A stretch of DNA of 64,000 bases from Octopus sinensis (GCF_006345805.1 NC_043007.1:27032001-27096000), one strand, 5' to 3'; shown: positions 1 to 14,405, counted from the first letter of the stretch. The notes: generated by a model from the sequence alone, not told the origin. Made by a program: numbers and translations.

Positions 1-30
1 ATACACGCATATTTATATATATACATATAT

Positions 31-191
31 ACGACGAGCTTCTTTCAGTTTCCGTCTAACAAATCCACTCACAAGGCATTGGTCGGCCCGAGGCTATAGT
101 AGAAGACACTTGCCCAAGGTGCCACGCAGTGGGACTGAACCCGGAACCATGTAGTTGGTAAACAAGCTACTTACCACATAGCCACTCCTGC
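31..191 (-). mobile_element. tRNA-derived SINE family A, head module
   Basis: Reverse complement reads GCAGGAGTGGCTATGTGGTAAG...GGTTCAGTCCCACTGCGTGGCACCTTGGGCAAGTGTCTTCTACTATAGCC (A/B-box-like head); many copies in the window. Confidence 0.85.
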
Positions 192-453
192 AAAATTATT
201 TTATTAAAAACATGAGAAGGAAATATTGTTATAGTACAGCTGACTTGTTTTGAATTGCTCGTGGTTCAAACCTATCCTTTTATGGAAATTGTTTTTTTCT
301 TTATTCAAATTTGGCTTCAGGGATACCAGCCTTATTAGATTTGTCAAATAGCTGAACGGCAGTTTAAGAAATGAAAAATTTCAATAAACACGGTTTATGT
401 TTTTTTTCAAAAAAAATGAGAACAAACTAAACACGCAAATTCACAAATACTGA

Positions 454-655
454 TTGATATTATATCGGCCAAATCGGTGTTTGAGCGTTCCTCCGTCTTC
501 CCTTCATTTTGACTTTCCTCTATTTCTGAAGAAGACGTTTGCTCGAAACGCTAAATCGTCTTTCTTTCCTGAGCGTCTAAAATACACTACTTGTACCACG
601 TCCTCGGGTTGCTGGTTTTTCCAGTTTGTGTTTCCCTGTTTAGATTCTCTCTCTA
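454..655 (+). mobile_element. Penelope-like terminal repeat fragment with degenerate hammerhead motif
   Basis: ATTT-CTGAAGA-A-GAC GTTT GCTC-GAAAC-GCT-AAAT at 522-556, followed by TTCCTGAGCG, which is shared with the copies at 58.4 and 60.3 kb. Confidence 0.55.
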
Positions 656-739
656 TATATATATATACATGTGTGTGTGTGTGTGTGGTGTGTGTGTGTG
701 TGTTGTGTGTGTTTGTGTGTTTGTGTGTGTGTGTGTGTA

Positions 740-790
<51 letters not shown>

Positions 791-960
791 TATGTATATA
801 TATTTATATAGTCAGTTTGGGGATATAATGTCCTCTTTAGGGATTAGGAAGTCCAGATATCAACTGGTATTATCAAGGTTTTATTGGGAGAATTGTCTCA
901 ATATATAGGGATAAACAGTTTAATATGCATTTATTAATATAAGAATATGTGTGTGTGTGT

Positions 961-1125
961 CTTTGGGTCTCTGTTTGTTCTCCACCACCATCGCTTGACA
1001 ACTGATGTCGGTGTCTTTATCACCCGATAACTTAGCAGTTCGGCAAAAGAAGAGATAGAATGAGTAATGGTGGTGCTCCAGCATGACCACAATCAAATGA
1101 CTGAAACATGCAAAAGAATAAATGA
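961..1125 (+). mobile_element. SINE family A, tail module
   Basis: CATCGCTTGACAAC...TAACTTAGCAGTTCGGCAAAAG...GGTGCTCCAGCATG...CAAATGACTGAAAC; related tails at about 3295-3460 (+), 6291-6368 (-), 46530-46700 (-), 62320-62520 (-). Confidence 0.8.
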
Positions 1126-1133
1126 ATAACAGA

Positions 1134-1164
<31 letters not shown>

Positions 1165-1816
1165 CATGATACATATATAATATATATATGTATATATTTA
1201 TGTGTATGTGTGTACGTTTGTGTGTCTGTGTCTGTGTCTGTGTATATACATACATGTAAGCATACATATGTAGGTTCGTATTTATTTATATATGAAAACT
1301 ATTTCAAAAGCTAGGGTTAACTTATTATTTATTTATATACAAATATAAAAAGATGTCAACTTTTTCTAAGGAAACGACAGACTACGGTTTATCTTTATTT
1401 TTGGAGTTGTTGTCTAGCGTTAAAGATTGATCTCCACTAATCAAAAAGTATAAGATAAGCAATATGCTAACGTTTTCTTAGGTGAATCCAGAGTTTTGCA
1501 TATCGGTATTTAAGTAATTTTGGAAAGAAAAAATAACCCATCCTCCGACTGATCTTTCTAGCGTTATCAATATATTTTACTGTAAACTTCCAAGAATTTT
1601 TGGAATTCATACATACATACATTCATACATACATACATACATACATACATACATACATCATACATACATACATGCATACATACATACCGAAACCGTAATG
1701 ATATCTGTGGGGCAGCTGATGATGGGGGTATGCTGGATTGTTGGTATGGCTATTTTCGTGCATGTGGAAGGCTATTATAACTTTTCCTTTGCTACATACA
1801 TGCATACATATATGTG

Positions 1817-1855
<39 letters not shown>

Positions 1856-3177
1856 TAATATTATATATATAGATATATATATATTAAGAAAATAGTAAAG
1901 TGTGAAAAAACGACAGAAGGCTTAAATGTTAAAAAATATATATATTTGTGTCAAAATATATATATATGAAATAGAAATCTTACATTTCTAGATATAAGCA
2001 GTAGTGGTACGACAGAGCAGTTGTATACAGTCAACTTAATGTGACAGTCCCATGAATGGAATCACACCACCGCTATTTAGCCCGAGGAAGCAATATATAT
2101 ACATGAATGTGTGCGTGTAGGCATCATATACATATAACGTAACCTTGAATAAGCCCGGCAATTACCACAACAAAATGTTTGAAATTAGTGTATCGAAGTG
2201 TGTAGCAAAATAAACACTAGAAGAAAAAGAAATCATCTCCTTTAACCGATTCTCAGCATGAGTTATGTTTTAGCTCGAATTGAAGAATCACCTCCGCAGT
2301 CATTCGTACACACAACGCGTTGGTAAAAATATAACGTCAATGTCAGATAGATATTTACGAAATGACATTCCATTGGTTCAAAGTAAAAAACAGATCTGAG
2401 GTAGTATAAAAATGCCTACATACTAGAAATACGTAATGCACTTAACACAACGTTTATTAACTCCTGCTACAGCACTGCCAGTATGATAATTATTATTCCT
2501 ATTTTTTGTATTTAGTAACAAATGATATACCCGTGTATGCTATAGTACCGGCTGAAATATTTCACCTATCTGAGTTGAGTTGTAATGCGTTATTCAGTAT
2601 CTATGAGAAAAATGATGATTATCACTTTTTGTCAACAAGATTTGTAGGGAAAATTAGATGGAAATGGCAAAGTGTATTTACTAAGAATGCGATGTTAGCA
2701 ATTCCAAACACCGAGTCATCGGTAATGCGATAACGCTTCTGATGCAGAGCTAATTTACCTTAAAAGAAACCCCAAAATAGAAGTACAGGTTTCAACGTTA
2801 TGGCGTTAATGAGGTTGTGTGAATCACATGTTTACGATGGGGGAGCTAAGTCGTTATGGTCTGAGGCGAAACGTTTGATTGAAAAACATCGAATAACAGG
2901 AATTATTCATGTACCTTGTAAGTAAAAACTGGTTACAGGTTTGCTGAAAGTCAAAGCAGGAGAAGCAAGGAAGACAATCCCATAGGTTCAGATGACTGCA
3001 ATTTTTAGAAAAGATACCAAATAGATATGACAATGGAACTGGTTTTTAAAACCATATATTGTAATTAGTGGACATATTTTCTTCTTATTAAACCTTTTCA
3101 GCGAAGAATGCTTTAGGTGCCAACACAAAGACTGAAATATATCTATATCAATATCTAAATCAATATCAATCCCTGTC

Positions 3178-3290
<113 letters not shown>

Positions 3291-4422
3291 GTTTGTGTGT
3301 CTGTGTTTCTTCCCCACCACCATCGGTTGACAACTCAGCGGTTCGGCAAAAGAGACCGAAATTATAAGTACAAAGAATAAGTCCTGGGGTCGACCTTTTC
3401 GACGACAAGCGGTGCTCCAGCATGGCCGCAGTGAAATAACTGATACAAGTAAAAAAATAAACGAATATATAAATATATATATATTTATATATATTTATAT
3501 ATGTGCGTTTGTATATGTGTGTGTGCGTCTATGTTTGTGCATGTGCTTGTGATTCATACAGATATGTGTGTGTATGTGTGTGTGTGCCTGTGTGTGTGTG
3601 TGCGTCTGTGTGTGAGAGAGAGAAGGTGGTGTCGATGGTTATGAATATCAATCACGTTAGATTCGCACATGTAATACAGTGAACGAAAAATATCTTCGAA
3701 TCCCTGAGAACGTCCATGCAATTGATAGAGAGAGAGCGAGAGAAAGAGAAATCCGTCGTAATCCGCAATCAAATTTATTAGACATTGCGTTCGGCTGGCT
3801 TGAGAGTTAACGTTTTAAGTCCAGCGGACGAAGTTATTAGACAGTTGCTCTCTGTCTGGTTTGATAACCAAAATGCAAAGCAGCTGCTCAAGTTATTTCA
3901 CTTCTTTCCGGCTGTCACCAATACGTAGCCGCGTTTCCTTGAGAGAGATTTATCATTCTTAAACAGGATATATATCTTGTCATTTTAAACTCCTGGTAAC
4001 GGAAGCAACGGTCCGATATATCCTTTAGATTCGGGAAAAGATTAAAGCATTCTATCAAACTATATTAACCACAGTATAAAGTGTCATGGCAGAGATCGTA
4101 TGAAGGATTTAATAATTTAATATGGTTATTGGGATCTACTGGATGCACGGCAACTGTATTTATTTATATGGAGAGGAAAGCGAAAATAACATGGCAAGTA
4201 GTACTTCTGGGTTTGTTACTCTACCAGGTGATGAGCTAGGAATGGTTAGGACTTCTCGGTATTTTCGTTCTTTGCGTACACTCGGGCAACCATACAGACA
4301 GGCGCACATACATTTACACGCAGATAGAAAGATGGATAGAGACAGAAAAACAGTGAGAGGCAAGGAAACTGAAGCTTAAATGTGTTTGTGAGATTGTGTG
4401 CCTGTATCCATTAATGTATAGG

Positions 4423-5232
<810 letters not shown>

Positions 5233-5439
5233 TGTAAGCTCTTGGCATGAATGGAGGAATCGCTTATACGCCACATGGTCCCGGAAGGAAACACTGTCAG
5301 ATCCTATAACTGAAGAATGAGCTAAAACATTCGAGGAAAACGTGGAAGGAAACGGACGGTGAAGACGCAGCAGTCTTTGTCTCGGTCGGTTCGGAATTAC
5401 TGCGGAACCCGCTGCAGATCCTCGTGCCAAATACGAAGT

Positions 5440-5945
5440 GGAAGTAAAGTGAAAGAGAGGGAGAAAAGAGGAGAGCGAAAGTGGGAAAGAGAGTGGGAGA
5501 GTGTGAGGGAGAGAAAGAGAGTGAGAGAGTGTGAGAAGAGAAAAAGAGAGAGAAAGAAAGAGTGAAGAGAGAAGGAGAGAGAGAACGATAGAGGAGGGAG
5601 AGACAAAGTGTGAATAAGAAAAAAGAAAGAGAAAGAGAGAGAGAAAGAGGGAAAGACAGAGAATGGAAGTGAGAGATAATGTGAGCGAGAGAAAGAGAAA
5701 GAGATAAAGAGCAAGAGAGAAAGAGAGAGAGAATAGGGAAGGAGAGATAAGGAGAGAAAGAGAGAGGAGGGAAAGACAAAGTTAGAGAGGGAAATAATGG
5801 GAAGGAAAATGAGTGAGTGTGAGTGAAAGAAAGAGAGGAGAGCGAGACAAAATGAGAGAGAAAGGCAAAGAGGGAGATAAATAGACAGATAGATAGAGAA
5901 AGAAAGGGAGAGAGAGAGAGGAAGAGAGGGAAAGAGAGAGAGAAA
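5440..5945. repeat. Purine-rich (GA)-type low-complexity tract
   Basis: About 500 bp that are almost only A/G on the + strand. Confidence 0.85.
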
Positions 5946-7071
5946 CTGGCTTTTATTGACATTTAACCTCGGTGAAAACACTCAGCAAGACCTGCGAGTT
6001 TCCAGTTACCAATTGCTTCGGTTGTGGCAGAATTCAAAACTATAAACCTAAGAGTTGTTCGTAGATTATTTCTGTTTGAAAATGAGAAGAGTTAGATCCT
6101 CCGACCAAGACCACTAACGGCGACAAGAAGCGGAAACCAGGAAGCTTTGAAGGAGCTGAAAACACCAAGAGTTTGTTGTGGAATCCCGTCAACGATGCTT
6201 AGGTTATGGAAATTAGAAAGTAAACTGGAGGTAACAGTCGGCTTTTAGATACAATGGAAGGGTCGTATTGTTTTACTGGTTGGACTCACTCTCTTTTACT
6301 CTTTTACTTGTTTCAGTCATTTGACTGCGGCCATGGTGGAGCACCGCCTTTAGTCGGACAAATCAACTAAATGGAATTTGAATTTTCTTAATTGTGCTAG
6401 CGCTAACCTATACCACATGGATTAAGATATAAAGAAAATAATGTAATTCTTCCATCCCTGCCAAATACTTCTTTTACAGTCTGAGCCATATTTTGACTGG
6501 CTGCTTTTGGTCACTGAGGTGCTTGGGGCGCGATAATGTGCTTACAGAAATTTCCAAGTGGATGGACTTGCAAGGAATTAAAGTCAAAAACCAAACGCAT
6601 GATCACACAAAAGTACGAGTTAATCTGATTGACGGATATACCTCTTAAGAATTAATAATGTGTGTGTATGGGACTCGTTTTATATTTTGCCTGAAGATAG
6701 GAACATGCAGAGGTATCTTATATGCGAATTTGTCTGTCCGGAATAGAGAATAGTAGGATCGTTCCGGTGAGATATCATTATTCTACCGAGGAGTACAAAA
6801 TAGATAATTGTGATTAAAGTGGCCATGCCATCGGTGGATAAAACAGGCATTTCTCTCTAACTGAAGAAGATAGTCTCAAGTTGGTTGCGATTCACAAGAA
6901 ATCATAAATGGAAGAATTCTCTATGTGAAAACTAATTCTTTTCATGCTGGTCAGCTTCTCAGATGAGGCGTGTATACTAAGGAGCGAAACGCTATTGAAT
7001 CAGGGATAACGAATGAAGATGCAGGAGATTTGCAAACAGTTCGATAACTCTAGTCACCATCAAGAGAAAGA

Positions 7072-7110
<39 letters not shown>

Positions 7111-7113
<3 letters not shown>

Positions 7114-7421
7114 CCGTGATCACCATGACTGACCAGGCTATCAGTTGTTGCTACACATCGCTGGTCACAATGCGCTTCGCATTGTTTTAGCCTTCAAATG
7201 ACGCCAACCCGCTCGGTAAGCGAGCAGGCCAACAGAAGAAAGAGTGAGAGAAAGTTGTGGCGAAAGAGTACAGCAGGGATCGCCACCATCCCCTGTCGGA
7301 GGCTCGTGGAGCTTTAGGTGTTTTCGCTCAATAAACACTCACAACGCCCGGTCCAGGAATCGAAACCGCGATCTTACAACCGCCGATCAGCTGACCTAAC
7401 CACTGAGCCATTGCGCCTCCA
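7111..7421 (-). mobile_element. tRNA-derived SINE family C
   Basis: Reverse complement starts TGGAGGCGCAATGGCTCAGTGGTTAGG...GGTTTCGATTCCTGGACCGGGCG; second, internally deleted copy at 14227-14405 (+). Confidence 0.8.
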
Positions 7422-7476
7422 TACACACACACCAACACACACACGCACACACACTACACATATATATACATATATA

Positions 7477-7517
<41 letters not shown>

Positions 7518-8235
7518 CTGTGTATATATGTGTGTGTATGTGTGTGTATGTGTGTGATGTGTGTGTGTTAAGAAAGATACACTCTTTCACAAAGACTCAA
7601 CCACGTCGAGAAATAAAGAGATAGCGAGATAGGTAGATATTTGTATATCTTCTAAATATAGGCACATGTATAATTGATAACATTTAGCAATACGTTTCAA
7701 TTATGCTACCAAGACTCTTTCTAAATAAATTATGAGCAAACGAGTCTATTTATAAATACAGACTTCTGTGTGGAATTTAGATGTATGGAGAAGCAACGTA
7801 GATGAGGGTTATGAATATATTGCCGGGAAATATATGCGAAACGACTGTGGCAACAACGTGAATAAATTGGCTACTTAGTGACATTTTTAAATCGATTACT
7901 ATGATAATGTTGCGATGATAGTTTAAATGTAATTCTGAAGCTAATCACGAAAATCTATATTACTGCTGAATTAATTCCTTTGCCGCTTGTAACTGTAGAA
8001 GGGTGAGAGTTAAATGTTACGAGCAAGAAATCATTAGCACTTCTCAGGTAATATTTTGCTATGTTTATATATAGCGGTGCATGTGCATACATAAATATAG
8101 AGGTACATGCGTTCGTTCACAAAAAGACAAATATAGAGATAGAGAGAAAGGTAAACACACATACATATATACATATATACATACGGACATACAGACATAA
8201 ATGCATATATATGTATAAAAAATATATATAGAGTG

Positions 8236-8267
<32 letters not shown>

Positions 8268-8671
8268 GCGTATGTATGAATGGATATGGATATCCAATTA
8301 TCTAAACCTAGCTAAGTATTTAGCTTACCATTCCTTATAGGCATATCAATATATATACACATATACGTATATACATACATACATGCATACATTGATATAC
8401 ACACTCTCGTATATATATTTACATACACACACATATATAAACGTGTGTATATATGTGTGTGTATCTATGTGCGAATATGTACATTTATCTGTCTATATTT
8501 ATATGTGTGTATCTATGTGTGCCTGCGTGTGTTTGATAGTGTGTATGTGTATCAATATATATATCTATACATGCCTACATATTTATGTGTATATATGTAT
8601 GCATATATATCTATATAATTGTATGATATAATGTAATGTAATGTAATACAATATGATAAGCTATAATATAA

Positions 8672-8870
8672 CAAGACGTTAGTACGGCGAACAAAATGCC
8701 GAGCGGTATCTCACCCGTCTTTGCGTTCTGATTTCAAATTCTGCTGATATCAACTTTGCCTTTCACCTTTTCGGCCTCGATAAAATAAGTAGCAGTCAAA
8801 CACTGGGATTGATGTACTCCAATAGCTGTCTACCTCCGAAATTGCAGGCCTTGCACCACAAGTTGAAAAC
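8672..8870 (+). mobile_element. SINE family B, diverged copy
   Basis: GTTCTGATTTCAAATTCTGCTGATATCAACTTTGCCTTTCACCTTTTCGG matches the family B core. Confidence 0.7.
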
Positions 8871-9916
8871 AATATAATGCATATAATTTTTATTCAATCT
8901 GGAAGTTATTCTCGTGATTTGCGTTTCACGCCATTGTCTTCGCAAGGCGTGAACTGTAACAACTAGGGATTGGTATTGGATTTATATCTTTTGGTGAGTA
9001 GCTGTGCGCTTGTGTGAATGTGTGATCTGAAACATGTATCTGTTCATTTGTTGGTATTTTGTGAGAAAGTCAAACCTTGTGTATGTGTGTACGTCATTGC
9101 TATAATTTTGTTAAATTTTGTGAGAGTTACAGATTTGTTGTGTGTAACGCCTGAGGTTTGTATGCATATGATGTGTCACTGTGTGAAGACGCTGAGTTGG
9201 CAGAAACGAGGGCGCGTCGGAAAAAGTGGTTTGTTTTACTTCTTTGAATGATGACAGCAGAAAGTAATTTTGATCTACTGATGGCGATGGAACGATATAA
9301 CCTCTGCCCTCAAAATTCCAGTTCGTGTAACTCAATCGGAAACCGTTCTGTATCACTGCACATGTCTAGTATATACGTGTATGTTGCAGAGTTTTGAAGT
9401 TGTGGTTGTTTTGACATGGAACGGTTGTGCAATTCTTGGAATGTACAAATCGTTTAATGTTCAAATTGGAAGCTAGAATCTGGGGACAGGCAAAGTACCG
9501 TACAGTCGGGCAGTGAATTGTGGTTCGTCGATTGATCCCTATGAATACGAACGCGCACGCGCACACACACAGAGGTAAATCAAAATTAACAAGAAAATAC
9601 AATAAAAGTCAATTAGACGTACAAGGTAAATATATTAGAGAAAGTTTTAGCTGGAAACATAGAAGTAACGTTTCTAGTATAGCTCTTCGTCAGAAAGACG
9701 TAAAAGTTCAGAGAGAAGGAAAAACCGGGTAGGACGGATCCCGAGTAAGCACGTGTGTTGTTTCACACGGGTACATATATGTATAGATAGATAGACAATG
9801 AGTAAAACAGCTACTTTTAAATCTATGAATGATATCTAAGTAGTAAGATACCGTATAGTAAAATCCCTTTGGCAAATAGATTTTACCATAGATAAATATG
9901 AAAAATAATAAATACA

Positions 9917-10160
9917 CCCTTTTAAAGCCTAGCCAGATTCATGGGCCCGGTTTCCCGGTTTCAATGGCGTATGTGTTCCCAAGCTGGACGGGGCGCCAGT
10001 CCATCGCAGCGTTACTCATTTTTGCCAGCTGAGTGGACTGGAGCAACGTGAAATGAAGTGTTTTGTCCAAAGACATAGCGCGTCGCCCGGTCCAGGAATC
10101 GAAACCACAATCTTAGCATCATGATGCTGACATCCTAACCACTAAGCCACGCGCCTCCAC
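9917..10160 (-). mobile_element. tRNA-derived SINE family D (central domain resembles V/Meta-type SINE domains)
   Basis: Reverse complement GTGGAGGCGCGTGGCTTAGTGGTTAGG...CCACTCAGCTGGCAAAAATGAGTAACGCTGCGATGGACTGGCGCCCCGTCCAG; closely related copy at 53886-54134 (-), head only at about 53552-53610 (+). Confidence 0.85.
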
Positions 10161-11175
10161 ACTATAGATAAATAGATATACATATATGCACACTAATATG
10201 CAAATGTATACATGCTTATATGTATGATTTATGTTGCACTTTGATGTTGGATTATTTACGTCCCTGTAACTCAGATACGTATCTAAGAGTGGACCATGAA
10301 ATAGATACGAGACTTTAATATATCGGAGTATATTTTTGAATACCCCAGCGTGGCTGCAACAGTAATAAAATCGTAAAAGAATAAAAAGGATTTATCACTA
10401 CATTATACGAATATCTGTCTTTTTTGTCTTTCAGGAAAGCAGTGAAGAAAGACAGAAGGAAGAAAGCAAATATTGTATTATAAGTTTCACGCTGAAGCAG
10501 AATGTAAAAGCGTCTTAACGTTTTAACGTTTCTGACGCTGGTACTTCTTCATAAGTGTGGTATAGAAGGGGGGTGCAAAAGAGAAAAAAAAAGCTGTTGA
10601 GAAGGAAGACGAAAAACCAAGATGAAATTTCAAGAACGAGATGAGAATGCGTTTCTATGGGGACGTTAACAAATGGAACAAAACGTGAGGTGCAAGTATA
10701 GGAGTGCTTACGTGATTTCAGATCCAGTTTTGTGGTATGTGTTCAGAGAAATGCAAGTAGGACAGAATAATAGCTTAGGTTAGTGGAAATATGTGCATGT
10801 GTGTGTGTGAGCGGAATCGTGAAGTGTGCAGGAAGAAAGGGTAAAACTAAAAGAAAAAAAGGATGGTGGAACGGGCGTAGAGGAAAGAATGTGGTGGGGG
10901 TGATGGATATGTATGCAAATGTACGGTACGAGATGTTCGGATGTTTGAAAAAAGTATGAATAAGACGAGGAAGAAGGTACAATGCAGCCCAGGGTAGGGG
11001 AAAAAAATTGCTCTGTGATTGAAGAAAATTAGTGAAGCGTGTAGCGGATCAAAACGAATCTGATAGAGGGAAACGTAAAGAGTATTCGGTCTCCAATAAA
11101 ACAACCTAGCTACTTCTCTCTTACTCTCTCTCTCTCAATGTATATATGTGTATATATATAAACGCACACACACAT

Positions 11176-11206
<31 letters not shown>

Positions 11207-11286
11207 CATATATATATACATATACATATATATATTCATGTATATATCATATATATATATATATACATATATATATTCATGTATAT

Positions 11287-11322
<36 letters not shown>

Positions 11323-11835
11323 AGAGAGAGATAGAGAGAGAGGGAGAGAGAGATACATACACATGCGCGCGCACACATACACATATGCATGTATGCAAAT
11401 AAGTACGAGTGGTTATCTTTACAGATCCAGATGTTGGTGTTAGTCCCTTTATCGTTCCATAAGTCCGTTTTGCCTTCTGCGTTTCTTGCTTACCTACTTC
11501 CATACATCCATCGATCGTTGGAGCGATTTAAACATCCATCCATCCGTTCCAATAACCAGGCATCCTTCATACATGTATTCATGCATCGACAGATACAAGC
11601 ATGCGCACACCTACACGAAGGCACAGACACAAGCACACATACATACACTCAGAACTCTATATACACACACACAGACACACATACATGTATGCAGGTATAT
11701 ATATATATATACATACGTACACACACACAATCTATCTATCTGTGTGTCTGTGTATCTATCTACCTATCTATCCGTCCGTCAATCGATTGCTCTCTCTAAT
11801 CAGTCTGTCTATCAGTTTATTTGTCTGTCTATTAA

Positions 11836-11872
<37 letters not shown>

Positions 11873-11896
11873 CCTCTCCCTCTCTCTATATATATA

Positions 11897-12012
11897 GAGC
11901 GTAGGCTCGAAACGTAAAAGACTTTTTATATTCCTGAGTGTTATACTAATACATCTGTTTGTTTTCTGCACCACCTGTCTTCGTCTTTTGTTTTCTTTCG
12001 TAAACTCTCCCT
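11897..12012 (+). mobile_element. Penelope-like terminal repeat, 5'-truncated inside the hammerhead motif
   Basis: GAGC GTAG GCTC GAAA CGTA AAAGA..., homologous to 58381-58498 and 60243-60355. Confidence 0.65.
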
Positions 12013-12036
12013 ATATATATATATGTGTGTGTGTGT

Positions 12037-12097
<61 letters not shown>

Positions 12098-12105
12098 ATA
12101 TATAT

Positions 12106-13418
12106 CCCCCCCTTTCTACGTTTCTCTATCTCTCTCACCTCCAGCCCCCTCGATCTGTCTCTTTCTTCTCCTCCCTCGTCCACCTTCTCTCCCTTTTCAT
12201 CTGTCCCTTTCTCCTGTCTTTTGTTCTCACGTGACGCTAGCCGCTGTTGAGCGCTCTTTTCGTTTCAGCAGCCTCAGAAGCAACACGGATTTGTTCGTCT
12301 CCCCGTGGCCTTTAGCACAACTTCACAAGCCAGCCCCTACTCAAATCGTCCTGTCGAAAGACCCTTGTCCTACGTCCTGGTTTTGTTTTGTTGTTTATTT
12401 TTTATTTTTACCGTTATTGTTTTTACGTTTTTGTATTCTTATTGGTGTCACGTATTCTGTATTTTTGTTTGTGTACTTCGATCGTTTTCCGTCCTTTCGT
12501 TGTATACATTCGAAGCTTTGGGCTGGCCATATCGGAGCAATCTCAAGATTAATCAGCCGAAATTGCTAAGATGATCTGGTTCTTGACTGATGACTGAGGG
12601 CTTCGAATGTCCCGCCTGTGGTTCTTGTGTCGTCTCTGTGGTGTTTCATGTTCTTGTCCATTCTGTATTTAATTTTACTGTTTACCTATATAATCCGGCG
12701 GCTACGGTCCACAATTGTCCTTATACGATAAGTATATTTTTTTCTCAAGCTTTGATACGACTCTTAATCTGTCTCTTTTTCTCTCTCTCTCCCTCCTCCC
12801 TTATTCCACTTCCGTTCTTTCCCTCTCCTTCCGTCCCCCCCCCCTTTCTACGTCCTCTATCTCTCTCACCTCCAGCCCCCTCATCTGTCTCTTTCTCTCC
12901 TCCCTCGTCCACCTTCTCTCCCTTTTCATCTGTCCCTTTCTCCTGTCTTTTGTTCTCACGTGACAGCTACCGCTGTTGATAGCGCTCTTTCGTTTTCAGC
13001 AGCCTCAGAAGCAACACGGATTTGTTCGTCTCCCCGTGGCCTTTAGGCACAACTTCACAAGCCAGCCCCTACTCAAATCGTCCTGTCGAAAGACCTTGTC
13101 CTACGTCCTGGTTTTGTTTTGTTGTTTATTTTTTATTTTTACCGTTAATTGTTTTTACGTTTTTGTATTCTTATTGTGTCACGTATTCTGTATTTTTGTT
13201 TGTGTACTTCGATCGTTTTCCGTCCTTTCGTTGTATACATCGAAGCTTTGGGCTGGCCATATCGAGGCAATCTCAAGATTAATCAGCCGAAATTGCTAAG
13301 ATGTCTGGTTCTTGACTGATGACTGAGGGCTTCGAATGTCCCGTCCTGTGGTTCTGTGTGTCCTTCTCTGTGGTGTTTCATGTTCTTGTCCATGTCTGTA
13401 TTTAATTTTAACTGTTTA

Positions 13419-13420
<2 letters not shown>
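12106..13420 (+). repeat. Tandem duplication (period about 730 bp) of an unclassified interspersed element
   Basis: 12106-12690 is repeated at about 12835-13420; differences are mostly 1-nt indels. Confidence 0.9.
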
Positions 13421-13458
<38 letters not shown>

Positions 13459-14126
13459 TATGTATATGTTATATTTATATACTATATATATACGCAATGA
13501 TTAATGCATGTATATACGCAATGATAGATGCATGTAATAGATGCGTATAAATATATATACATATATATATATGTATGTATGTATATACGCGCATCCAAAG
13601 ATATGCATATAATGAGAGACAGATTGAGAAGGTACGAGGGACAGAGAGAAAGAGAGACAGGCAGGTTGAGCGTCATATACACCCGTATTAAAAAAAATTT
13701 TCTTACAATACAATGATTATCTGCGTTCGGTTGTGTATTCTACAGAGAATGGAAGAATCGTGTTATTCTTCATATTATTTTCTTTTTACTTCTTCTAGAT
13801 CTACGATTGCTTCTCTCATTCTTTCTCAATTTCTTCATCTCTTTCTCTCTCTCTCTTCGTCTCTTTCTTTCTGTGTTTTTCTGTCTTTCTTACTCTGTGT
13901 TTGTGAATGAGAATTTTATTTGCCGCCGTTTGTGTATATTTATGATTGCATGTGTGATTGTCCCTATGTTTCAATGTACAATGGATACGGAAAAACCGCA
14001 TCTCTATACCTATATGCGGCAGTTATATGTGTGTGCACGTGTGTGCGTGTGTATGTGTCTCTGTGCATGTGTGCGCGTGTACACACACATGCACATAGCT
14101 ATAAATAGATATATAATATATAAATG

Positions 14127-14194
<68 letters not shown>

Positions 14195-14226
14195 CACACA
14201 CACACAAACACACACCACACACACAA

Positions 14227-14405
14227 GTGGAGGCGCAATGGCCCGGTGGTTAAGGCAGCGGACTCGCGGCCGTGGGATCACGGTTTCGATTCTGGGACCG
14301 GACGTTTTGAGTGTTTATTGAGCGAAAACACCTAAAGCTCCATGAGGATCCGGCAGCGGGTGGTGGCGATGCCTGCTTTACTCTTTCGATCACGTGATCA
14401 TGTGA
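14227..14405 (+). mobile_element. SINE family C, internally deleted copy
   Basis: GTGGAGGCGCAATGGCCCGGTGGTTAAGGCAGCGGACTCG...GAGCGAAAACACCTAAAGCTCCA, homologous to 7111-7421. Confidence 0.8.

Noticed and set aside
1684-1732. CATACCGAAAC...CTGATGATGGGGGTATG as a type II hammerhead
   Set aside because: Stem II needs a 4-nt insertion, the 5' arm comes from the microsatellite, and there is no stem III or cleavage triplet.
12585-12615. CTGATGA...TTCGAATGTC as a hammerhead
   Set aside because: No GAAA and no stem I pairing in either duplicate copy.
14227-14305. Possible tRNA gene (also other SINE heads)
   Set aside because: A/B-box-like motifs but no complete cloverleaf, and the sequence continues into SINE body.
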